Part shown: piece by piece, positions 50,285 through 61,700 of the stretch | Position numbering within the stretch: the stretch's first letter is position 1 | How the letters are laid out: every line of letters starts with the position of its first letter | Assembly: GCA_032718475.1 (NCBI GenBank) | Contig: JAUCBJ010007869.1 | Location: 1 to 64,000, forward strand | From: Nemertoderma westbladi | Taxonomy: Eukaryota > Animalia > Xenacoelomorpha | Length of the DNA stretch: 64,000 nucleotides | Direction: 5' to 3' | Translations under genes and position numbers: made by a program | The notes under the pieces: generated by a model | Told to the model about the DNA's origin: nothing | Seen by the model: only the letters and a program-made list of their open reading frames with translations | Databases searched by the model: none

Positions 50285-51088
50285 ATGTATTCCTTACGAG
50301 TTCTTCCTTGTATGAGAAAATGTCTACGTCAGCCAGCCGTTCTGAGTTCCCATAAGCTGAGAACAGAGATACCAACATGGGACATCGTCCAAAACTACAG
50401 CAAAAATGTTCCACCATCTAAAGAAACAAGCAGTAAAAGTAAAAAGTTAGAAGATAATTGCAAAAATGTCCAGGAAAAAGAACAAAAATCTATGACGACC
50501 GCAAACAAAGAAAACCAAACGAGTAACATTCTGAAACGCAGTCGCCAAGCCGACGCTGAAGATACCGAAAATAATAAATCGTTAGGAGAAAATTTCTGGG
50601 TCATTACAGAGATGGGAGATGAGACGGGAAAACTTGTTAGAGTCGAGTTCAGGGAAAATATTACTAAACCACCCGATAAAACTCATGTTCCTAAAACAAC
50701 AGATCCTTCTTCTGTTCCTAAACCAACAACAGATGCTCCTCATGTTCCTAAAACAACAACAGCTCCTACTACAAATAAACAATTCATCACAACGGAAATG
50801 GCAGAGTTTCGTAAGGATTCCAGCGACATTATGTCAGATAAGCATATCATGGCCATTGCACGCGAACTTGATAGCAAAGATATACTCAGAATCAAAGACA
50901 ACGTCTCAGAAAAACATACAGATTCGTCGATAAAGAAGTCTGATAACCCAAAGATGGGACCCAAGGCACTAATTAAGAACATAAATAAAGGTAGTTTTAA
51001 AGATTACTGTCTCCTTGCGGTAATTCTGGCAACTGTAATCGGAATCGCGGCAATGAACTATAGAGAATATAGCGAAGAACATTCATAA
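50285..51088 (+). CDS. Uncharacterised 267-aa intronless paralog of 45136-47349
   Basis: First ~54 aa are nearly identical; shared EMGDE.GKLVRVEFR..ITKPPDKT, SDKHIMA and C-terminal DYCLLA.ILATVIGIAAMNYRE blocks. Confidence 0.72.
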   Translation: MYSLRVLPCMRKCLRQPAVLSSHKLRTEIPTWDIVQNYSKNVPPSKETSSKSKKLEDNCKNVQEKEQKSMTTANKENQTSNILKRSRQADAEDTENNKSLGENFWVITEMGDETGKLVRVEFRENITKPPDKTHVPKTTDPSSVPKPTTDAPHVPKTTTAPTTNKQFITTEMAEFRKDSSDIMSDKHIMAIARELDSKDILRIKDNVSEKHTDSSIKKSDNPKMGPKALIKNINKGSFKDYCLLAVILATVIGIAAMNYREYSEEHS

Positions 51089-51492
51089 CATCATCAAACA
51101 AACCTTTTACAGATAATCCAACTCAGTATTATTTTACTATAGTTATAAAACATGGTGTTGGTTCAAAATGTCGGTATTCAAACTCGAGTACATCATTATA
51201 TAATATATACTATATACTGTAATAACATTAACTATATATTATACTGTAATATAATGGTATCATTGGTTACGGCTGCGAGTTAGGAAAGGCCAACATACTG
51301 TAACTCGTTATTGTGGTGATCAGAGGTAGGTCAAAATTCAAAAAACAGAATAATGAACAAATCAAATGCATAATATAACGTCATCTAGCCTAACTGTCTA
51401 GGGAAGTTTACAAGAAACAACATAAAATTTCACCAGAATAATCCTGACCGCTGATTGGAGGACGACAAAGAGGGATAGATAGGTAGGACATT

Positions 51493-52095
51493 ACCGGTAA
51501 GTCAGTACGATATAGTCAGTACCTGTAAGTCAGTACGATATAGTCAGTACCGGTAAGTCAGTACGATATAGTCAGTACCTGTAAGTCAGTACGATATAGT
51601 CAGTACCGGTAAGTCAGTACGATATAGTCAGTACCGGTAAGTCAGTACGATATAGTCAGTACCGGTAAGTCAGTACGATATAGTCAGTACCGGTAAGTCA
51701 GTATGATATAGTCAGTACCGGTAAGTCAGTACGATATAGTCAGTACCGGTAAGTCAGTACGATATAGTCAGTACCGGTAAGTCAGTACGATATAGTCAGT
51801 ACCGGTAAGTCAGTACGATATAGTCAGTACCGGTAAGTCAGTACGATATAGTCAGTACCGGTAAGTCAGTACGATATAGTCAGTACGATATAGTCAGTAC
51901 CGGTAAGTCAGTACGATATAGTCAGTACCGAGTTTAGTCAAGCAGTGTGTTCTGGCTGTCTGGTGTTGTACTGGTATGTTTATTTTTTGATTTGATTTTG
52001 ATTTTTGATTAAGTCAGTACGATATAGTCAGTACCGGTAAGTCAGTACGATATAGTCAGTACCGGTAAGTAAGTACGATATAGTCAGTACCGAGT
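51493..52095. repeat. 28-bp minisatellite (~18 copies)
   Basis: Unit TACCGGTAAGTCAGTACGATATAGTCAG, with a ~165-bp duplicated block at the right end. Confidence 0.93.
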
Positions 52096-52314
52096 TTAGT
52101 CAAGTAGTGTGTTCTGGCTGTCTGGTCTTGTACTGGTATGTTTATTTTTTTATTTGATTTGTTTTGATTCTATCTGTTATGAACTAACAAACTAATTGTT
52201 TTAATCAATTAGTTTTCCAGGTAAGTGAAACCAGGAAAACCAAAGTCAGAATGTGGTAGATTGCCCGGAACAAAGGTTCGACCATATCCAGTATCCAGGA
52301 TTTCACATTATGTG

Positions 52315-52752
52315 ATAGTTCTTATACTAAGCATGTCGCACTGGTGACTGCACAGCACACTGATATAAATTTAGTTCTTATACTAAGCATGTCGCACTGG
52401 TGACTGCACAGCACACTGATATAAATTAGTTCTTATACTAAGCATGTCGCACTGGTGACTGCACAGCACACTGATATAAATTAGTTCTTATACTAAGCAT
52501 TTCGCACTGGTGACTGCACAGCACACTGATATAAATTAGTTCTTATACTAAGCATTTCGCACTGGTGACTGCACAGCACACTGATATAAATTAGTTCTTA
52601 TACTAAGCATGTCGCACTGGCGACTGCACGTACAGCACACTGATATAAATTAGTTATTATACTAAGCATGTCGCACTGGTGACTGCACAGCACACTGATA
52701 TATATTAGTTCTTATACTAAGCATGTCGCACTGGTGACTGCACAGCACACTG
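52315..52752. repeat. ~55-bp minisatellite (8 copies)
   Basis: Unit TAGTTCTTATACTAAGCATGTCGCACTGGTGACTGCACAGCACACTGATATAAAT. Confidence 0.93.
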
Positions 52753-52956
52753 TTGGTGCCTGAGGTTGGGAAGGGGTGCAACCAGGTTGTATCATAGTAA
52801 CATAAAGTATTCTAGAAACTAATATTATTAATAATCGATATAAATAGATAATGTAGGAATGTAGGTATATAATTATTTGTTGTAGACTTAAAGTACCGAT
52901 AAATATTGATACACAATAATACAAAATATGGGCATACAGATAAATGCGATATTGCA

Positions 52957-53795
52957 GAAGTTTGGGAACCAGTACAGCTACAGCACAAACTCAATAGTAC
53001 GAAAGTTAGGGAACCAGTACAGCACAAACTCAATAGTACGAAAGTTAGGGAACCAGTACAGCACAAACTCAATAATACGAAAGTTTGGGAACCAGTACAG
53101 CACAAACTCAATAGTACGAAAGTTTGGGAACCAGTACAGCACAAACTCAATAGTAAGAAAGTTTGGGAACCAGTACAGCTACAGCACAAACTCAATAGTA
53201 AGAAAGTTTGGGAACCAGTACAGCTACAGCACAAACTCAATAGTACGAAAGTTTGGGAACCAGTACAGCACAAACTCAATAGTACGAAAGTTAGGGAACC
53301 AGTACAGCACAAACTCAATAATACGAAAGTTTGGGAACCAGTACAGCACAAACTCAATAGTACGAAAGTTTGGGAACCAGTACAGCACAAACTCAATAGT
53401 AAGAAAGTTTGGGAACCAGTACAGCTACAGCACAAACTCAATAGTACGAAAGTTTGGGAACCAGTACAGCACAAACTCAATAGTACGAAAGTTTGGGAAC
53501 CAGTACAGCACAAACTCAATAGTAAGAAAGTTTGGGAACCAGTACAGCACAAACTCAATAGTAAGAAAGTTTGGGAACCAGTACAGCTACAGCACAAACT
53601 CAATAGTACGAAAGTTTGGGAACCAGTACAGCACAAACTCAATAGTACGAAAGTTTGGGAACCAGTACAGCACAAACTCAATAATACGAAAGTTTGGGAA
53701 CCAGTACAGCTACAGCACAAACTCAATAGTACGAAAGTTTGGGAACCAGTACAGCACAAACTCAATAGTACGGAAGTTTGGGAACCAGTACAGCA
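52957..53795. repeat. 39/45-bp minisatellite (~21 copies)
   Basis: Unit AAGTTTGGGAACCAGTACAG(CTACAG)CACAAACTCAATAGTACGA. Confidence 0.93.
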
Positions 53796-54384
53796 CTAGT
53801 AAAACGTCAGATACAATAACAACAGATAGGGTTTACAAAAATGGAAGAAGGGAAATGTATGAGAGTGTAAAAGCAAGAATCTCTGATATTATAACAAGAA
53901 GGAGAGTTTTGGCAAGGGAAACATCAGTTGGTGGAGAGCTGTACGATGGTAGACCGTTCGCTACGACTGAGGAAGCGGTGTTAGAACCAGCGCAACGTTT
54001 ATTGGAGGCCAGAAAGGGATACGAGTTAACAGTAATCTTGGGATTTATAGTTGCTGCAATTATAGCAGCTGCAGTGATGCGGTGGAGGTGGGGCAAAGGC
54101 GAAGCGGGAATACGAGTTACTGAACATGAGAACAAAATCCGAGACAGGAAACGGAGGGGCAGGAATAGGGAGACGGACAGATGGAGGACCGGGTCTATAG
54201 GAACTGATCCCAAATAGATACCACTACAGTCCGCTATTCGGTATTCAATTGCACGCAATTTACAATAATTATTATATTAAATTATTATGGTACTAAAACA
54301 TATTTGTTAGAGAAAGGCAAATTTACGCTTTTCTAATCTTAGGATTTTTATTATTTATTACAAGTTAGACAAAGAACCCTGGTT

Positions 54385-54756
54385 GTGTTTCACAAATAAT
54401 ACCAAACTCACCCATAATTTTAGCTGTAAACGGACTTCCTGGGATGTGTTTCATCAATAATACCAAACTCACCCATAATATTAGCTGTAAACGGACTCCC
54501 TGGGACATGTTTCGTCAATAATACAAAACTCACCAGTAATTTTAGCTGTAAACGGACTCCCTGGGACATGTTTCGTCAATAATACAAAACTCACCAGTAA
54601 TTTTAGCTGTAAACGGACTCCCTGGGATGAGTTTCGTCAATAATACAAAACTCACCAGTAATTTTAGCTGTAAACGGACTCACTGGGATGTGTTTCGTCA
54701 ATAATACAAAACTCACCAGTAATTTTAGCCGTAAACGGACTCCCTGGGATGTGTTT
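54385..54756 (-). repeat. 61-bp tandem repeat (6 copies) spanning a filamin 5' splice site
   Basis: Each unit has ~38 nt of the exon end (...GGGAGTCCGTTTACAGCTAAAATTACTG) plus GTGAGTTTTGTATTATTGAC. Divergence rises with distance from the exon. Confidence 0.93.
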
Positions 54757-54890
54757 CTCGGCGAATTTCACTGTAATTTTGTACTCGCCGGGTAAGGTAG
54801 GGGTGTAGGTGACCGAACATGTGCCGTTCTTGTTGTCTAGACAACGTAGCTCCGCCTTTGATGGACCTTCTATAGCCAATGAAAGACCAC
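54717..54890 (-). CDS. Filamin internal exon (Ig17-like, second half), 174 nt, phase 1-1
   Basis: cag|GT...ACTG|gtgagt; translates [58 protein letters not shown], a canonical filamin repeat. Confidence 0.96.
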
Positions 54891-55617
54891 CTGTGATGAA
54901 TAACCATGACGACTATAAGTGCGATCTGGGAACCTGTCTCTACAGGTCAGGTCAGGTATTCTAGGTCATTGATCAAGAAAACTTGCCACCTCCATGCAGC
55001 ATAAAGGAGGTGCCACCTGTAGCTGCATAGACCCTCTTACTAGGGCAAATCTGGTCCTGTAACTAGGACCCCCTTCGTTCTGGGATAAGGACGCCCTTGG
55101 TCCTGGATTAAGGACCCATATACTTAGCTGCAGGGGTATATGGCCTGGCCAGGCAGATGGTGATCTACCAATGGCTGGTCAGGAGTAGAGTGTTCCATGT
55201 CCACTCTGAGAGCACTTCACTGCGACCTGCACCTGGCAGCAGGGGTACAGGGCATGGCCCAGCAGATGACCTGCACAGCCAATGGTGGGTCATGTGCGCC
55301 AGAGTAGATATGGGTGATGGGCCTCATATCTGACTCCACTGCGACACCCACCATGTGGAATGGCAAACCAGGGTGTGGTATTTGTCCCGAGAGCTGACTC
55401 GTCAAAAAAGCACCCCCCAACCACCACTATGGATTACAATAGTAATGCGGAGGTCCAGCCACTAGAGGCCAGTGGAATGAATGGACACAATCGGCCTCAC
55501 AGGCGTAAACCTCAGTTATTAAAACCTCAGTAAAATGGTTATTCGGGCTACAGTAATACCCGCTTCTCTGCAAAGACCCTAACATAAAACTACCGTAACT
55601 AGGTAAACGACACTAAC

Positions 55618-55769
55618 CAGCTCCAGCTTCCTTCGTAACTATAGTAAACTCTGCAGGAACACCCGCCTGTCCTGTAGTTAGCCCAGGTCCATGGGCAGTA
55701 ATGGAGCCGGCCTGCAGGGAGTCCACCCAGAAATGGAACGGGGAATCCTGCACGCTCACACCGTTATAT
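55618..55769 (-). CDS. Filamin internal exon (Ig16 end/Ig17 start), 152 nt
   Basis: tttacag|A...GCTG|gttagt; translates YNGVSVQDSPFHFWVDSLQAGSITAHGPGLTTGQAGVPAEFTIVTKEAGA and joins the next exon in frame. Confidence 0.94.
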
Positions 55770-58700
55770 CTGTAAAGGTAAATAGTGGGTGGGGATTCCT
55801 TTAATACTAGTTATACAAACTGGAATCCTGCACGCTCACACCGTTATATCTGTAAAGGTAAATAGTGGGTGGAGATTCCTTTAATACTAGTTATACAAAC
55901 TGGAATCCTGCACGCTCACACCGTTATATCTGTAAAGGTAAATAGTGGGTGGAGATTCCTTTAATACTAGTTATACAAACTGGAATCCTGCACGCTCACA
56001 CCGTTATATCTGTAAAGGTAAATAGTGGGTGGAGATTCCTTTAATACTAGTTATACAAACTGGAATCCTGCACGCTCACACCGTTATATCTGTAAAGGTA
56101 AATAGTGGGTGGAGATTCCTTTAATACTAGTTATACAAACTGGAATCCTGCACGCTCACACCGTTATATCTGTAAAGGTAAATAGTGGGTGGAGATTCCT
56201 TTAATACTAGTTATACAAACTGGAATCCTGCACGCTCACAGCGTTATATCTGTAAAGGTAAATAGTGGGTGGAGATTCCTTTAATACTAGTTATACAAAC
56301 TGGAATCCTGCACGCTCACACCGTTATATCTGTAAAGGATAATAGTGGGTGGAGATTCCTTTAATACTAGTTATACAAACTGGAATCCTGCACGCTCACA
56401 CCGTTATATCTGTAAAGGTAAATAGTGGGTGGAGATTCCTTTAATACTAGTTATACAAACTGGAATCCTGCACGCTCACAGCGTTATATCTGTAAAGGTA
56501 AATAGTGGGTGGAGATTCCTTTAATACTAGTTATACAAACTGGAATCCTGCACGCTCACACCGTTATATCTGTAAAGGATAATAGTGGGTGGAGATTCCT
56601 TTAATACTAGTTATACAAACTGGAATCCTGCACGCTCACACCGTTATATCTGTAAAGGATAATAGTGGGTGGAGATTCCTTTAATACTAGTTATACAAAC
56701 TGGAATCCTGCACGCTCACACCGTTATATCTGTAAAGGTAAATAGTGGGTGGAGATTCCTTTAATACTAGTTATACAAACTGGAATCCTGCACGCTCACA
56801 GCGTTATATCTGTAAAGGTAAATAGTGGGTGGAGATTCCTTTAATACTAGTTATACAAACTGGAATCCTGCACGCTCACAGCGTTATATCTGTAAAGGTA
56901 AATAGTGGGTGGAGATTCCTTTAATACTAGTTATACAAACTGGAATCCTGCACGCTCACAGCGTTATATCTGTAAAGGTAAATAGTGGGTGGAGATTCCT
57001 TTAATACTAGTTATACAAACTGGAATCCTGCACGCTCACTCCGTAATATCTGTAAAGGTAAATAGTGGGTGGAGATTCCTTTAATACTAGTTATACAAAC
57101 TGGAATCCTGCACGCTCACAGCGTTATATCTGTAAAGGTAAATAGTGGGTGGAGATTCCTTTAATACTAGTTATACAAACTGGAATCCTGCACGCTCACA
57201 GCGTTATATCTGTAAAGGTAAATAGTGGGTGGAGATTCCTTTAATACTAGTTATACAAACTGGAATCCTGCACGCTCACTCCGTAATATCTGTAAAGGTA
57301 AATAGTGGTTGGAGATTCCTTTAATACTAGTTATACAAACTGGAATCCTGCACGCTCACACCGTTATATCTGTAAAGGTAAATAGTGGGTGGAGATTCCT
57401 TTAATACTAGTTATACAAACTGGAATCCTGCACGCTCACACCGTTATATCTGTAAAGGATAATAGTGGGTGGAGATTCCTTTAATACTAGTTATACAAAC
57501 TGGAATCCTGCACGCTCACAGCGTAATATCTGTAAAGGTAAATAGTGGGTGGAGATTCCTTTAATACTAGTTATACAAACTGGAATCCTGCACGCTCACA
57601 GCGTTATATCTGTAAAGGTAAATAGTGGGTGGAGATTCCTTTAATACTAGTTATACAAACTGGAATCCTGCACGCTCACAGCGTTATATCTGTAAAGGTA
57701 AATAGTGGGTGGAGATTCCTTTAATACTAGTTATACAAACTGGAATCCTGCACGCTCACAGCGTTATATCTGTAAAGGTAAATAGTGGGTGGAGATTCCT
57801 TTAATACTAGTTATACAAACTGGAATCCTGCACGCTCACTCCGTAATATCTGTAAAGGTAAATAGTGGGTGGAGATTCCTTTAATACTAGTTATACAAAC
57901 TGGAATCCTGCACGCTCACAGCGTTATATCTGTAAAGGTAAATAGTGGGTGGAGATTCCTTTAATACTAGTTATACAAACTGGAATCCTGCACGCTCACA
58001 GCGTTATATCTGTAAAGGTAAATAGTGGGTGGAGATTCCTTTAATACTAGTTATACAAACTGGAATCCTGCACGCTCACACCGTTATATCTGTAAAGGAT
58101 AATAGTGGGTGGAGATTCCTTTAATACTAGTTATACAAACTGGAATCCTGCACGCTCACACCGTTATATCTGTAAAGGTAAATAGTGGTTGGAGATTCCT
58201 TTAATACTAGTTATACAAACTGGAATCCTGCACGCTCACACCGTTATATCTGTAAAGGATAATAGTGGGTGGAGATTCCTTTAATACTAGTTATACAAAC
58301 TGGAATCCTGCACGCTCACACCGTTATATCTGTAAAGGATAATAGTGGGTGGAGATTCCTTTAATACTAGTTATACAAACTGGAATCCTGCACGCTCACA
58401 CCGTTATATCTGTAAAGGTAAATAGTGGGTGGAGATTCCTTTAATACTAGTTATACAAACTGGAATCCTGCACGCTCACAGCGTTATATCTGTAAAGGTA
58501 AATAGTGGGTGGAGATTCCTTTAATACTAGTTATACAAACTGGAATCCTGCACGCTCACAGCGTTATATCTGTAAAGGTAAATAGTGGGTGGAGATTCCT
58601 TTAATACTAGTTATACAAACTGGAATCCTGCACGCTCACAGCGTTATATCTGTAAAGGTAAATAGTGGGTGGAGATTCCTTTAATACTAGTTATACAAAC

Positions 58701-61700
58701 TGGAATCCTGCACGCTCACTCCGTAATATCTGTAAAGGTAAATAGTGGGTGGAGATTCCTTTAATACTAGTTATACAAACTGGAATCCTGCACGCTCACA
58801 GCGTTATATCTGTAAAGGTAAATAGTGGGTGGAGATTCCTTTAATACTAGTTATACAAACTGGAATCCTGCACGCTCACAGCGTTATATCTGTAAAGGTA
58901 AATAGTGGGTGGAGATTCCTTTAATACTAGTTATACAAACTGGAATCCTGCACGCTCACTCCGTAATATCTGTAAAGGTAAATAGTGGTTGGAGATTCCT
59001 TTAATACTAGTTATACAAACTGGAATCCTGCACGCTCACACCGTTATATCTGTAAAGGTAAATAGTGGGTGGAGATTCCTTTAATACTAGTTATACAAAC
59101 TGGAATCCTGCACGCTCACACCGTTATATCTGTAAAGGATAATAGTGGGTGGAGATTCCTTTAATACTAGTTATACAAACTGGAATCCTGCACGCTCACA
59201 GCGTAATATCTGTAAAGGTAAATAGTGGGTGGAGATTCCTTTAATACTAGTTATACAAACTGGAATCCTGCACGCTCACTCCGTAATATCTGTAAAGGTA
59301 AATAGTGGTTGGAGATTCCTTTAATACTAGTTATACAAACTGGAATCCTGCACGCTCACACCGTTATATCTGTAAAGGATAATAGTGGGTGGAGATTCCT
59401 TTAATACTAGTTATACAAACTGGAATCCTGCACGCTCACTCCGTAATATCTGTAAAGGTAAATAGTGGGTGGAGATTCCTTTAATACTAGTTATACAAAC
59501 TGGAATCCTGCACGCTCACAGCGTTATATCTGTAAAGGTAAATAGTGGGTGGAGATTCCTTTAATACTAGTTATACAAACTGGAATCCTGCACGCTCACA
59601 CCGTTATATCTGTAAAGGTAAATAGTGGGTGGAGATTCCTTTAATACTAGTTATACAAACTGGAATCCTGCACGCTCACACCGTTATATCTGTAAAGGTA
59701 AATAGTGGGTGGAGATTCCTTTAATACTAGTTATACAAACTGGAATCCTGCACGCTCACACCGTTATATCTGTAAAGGATAATAGTGGGTGGAGATTCCT
59801 TTAATACTAGTTATACAAACTGGAATCCTGCACGCTCACTCCGTAATATCTGTAAAGGTAAATAGTGGGTGGAGATTCCTTTAATACTAGTTATACAAAC
59901 TGGAATCCTGCACGCTCACAGCGTTATATCTGTAAAGGTAAATAGTGGGTGGAGATTCCTTTAATACTAGTTATACAAACTGGAATCCTGCACGCTCACA
60001 CCGTTATATCTGTAAAGGTAAATAGTGGGTGGAGATTCCTTTAATACTAGTTATACAAACTGGAATCCTGCACGCTCACAGCGTTATATCTGTAAAGGTA
60101 AATAGTGGGTGGAGATTCCTTTAATACTAGTTATACAAACTGGAATCCTGCACGCTCACAGCGTTATATCTGTAAAGGTAAATAGTGGGTGGAGATTCCT
60201 TTAATACTAGTTATACAAACTGGAATCCTGCACGCTCACACCGTTATATCTGTAAAGGATAATAGTGGGTGGAGATTCCTTTAATACTAGTTATACAAAC
60301 TGGAATCCTGCACGCTCACAGCGTTATATCTGTAAAGGTAAATAGTGGGTGGAGATTCCTTTAATACTAGTTATACAAACTGGAATCCTGCACGCTCACA
60401 GCGTTATATCTGTAAAGGTAAATAGTGGGTGGAGATTCCTTTAATACTAGTTATACAAACTGGAATCCTGCACGCTCACAGCGTTATATCTGTAAAGGTA
60501 AATAGTGGGTGGAGATTCCTTTAATACTAGTTATACAAACTGGAATCCTGCACGCTCACAGCGTTATATCTGTAAAGGTAAATAGTGGGTGGAGATTCCT
60601 TTAATACTAGTTATACAAACTGGAATCCTGCACGCTCACAGCGTTATATCTGTAAAGGTAAATAGTGGGTGGAGATTCCTTTAATACTAGTTATACAAAC
60701 TGGAATCCTGCACGCTCACACCGTTATATCTGTAAAGGATAATAGTGGGTGGAGATTCCTTTAATACTAGTTATACAAACTGGAATCCTGCACGCTCACA
60801 GCGTTATATCTGTAAAGGTAAATAGTGGGTGGAGATTCCTTTAATACTAGTTATACAAACTGGAATCCTGCACGCTCACACCGTTATATCTGTAAAGGAT
60901 AATAGTGGGTGGAGATTCCTTTAATACTAGTTATACAAACTGGAATCCTGCACGCTCACAGCGTTATATCTGTAAAGGTAAATAGTGGGTGGAGATTCCT
61001 TTAATACTAGTTATACAAACTGGAATCCTGCACGCTCACAGCGTTATATCTGTAAAGGTAAATAGTGGGTGGAGATTCCTTTAATACTAGTTATACAAAC
61101 TGGAATCCTGCACGCTCACACCGTTATATCTGTAAAGGTAAATAGTGGGTGGAGATTCCTTTAATACTAGTTATACAAACTGGAATCCTGCACGCTCACA
61201 CCGTTATATCTGTAAAGGTAATAGTGGGTGGAGATTCCTTTAATACTAGTTATACAAACTGGAATCCTGCACGCTCACAGCGTTATATCTGTAAAGGTAA
61301 ATAGTGGGTGGAGATTCCTTTAATACTAGTTATACAAACTGGAATCCTGCACGCTCACAGCGTTATATCTGTAAAGGTAAATAGTGGGTGGAGATTCCTT
61401 TAATACTAGTTATACAAACTGGAATCCTGCACGCTCACACCGTTATATCTGTAAAGGTAAATAGTGGGTGGAGATTCCTTTAATACTAGTTATACAAACT
61501 GGAATCCTGCACGCTCACAGCGTTATATCTGTAAAGGTAAATAGTGGGTGGAGATTCCTTTAATACTAGTTATACAAACTGGAATCCTGCACGCTCACAG
61601 CGTTATATCTGTAAAGGTAAATAGTGGGTGGAGATTCCTTTAATACTAGTTATACAAACTGGAATCCTGCACGCTCACAGCGTTATATCTGTAAAGGTAA

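Noticed and set aside
52812-53799. 317-aa Cys-rich (-) and 297-aa (+) repeat ORFs
   Set aside because: Several frames are open only because unit lengths are multiples of 3; no independent support.
54664-54879. 71-aa stand-alone ORF
   Set aside because: It is an internal filamin exon read through its donor into the repeat, not a separate gene.
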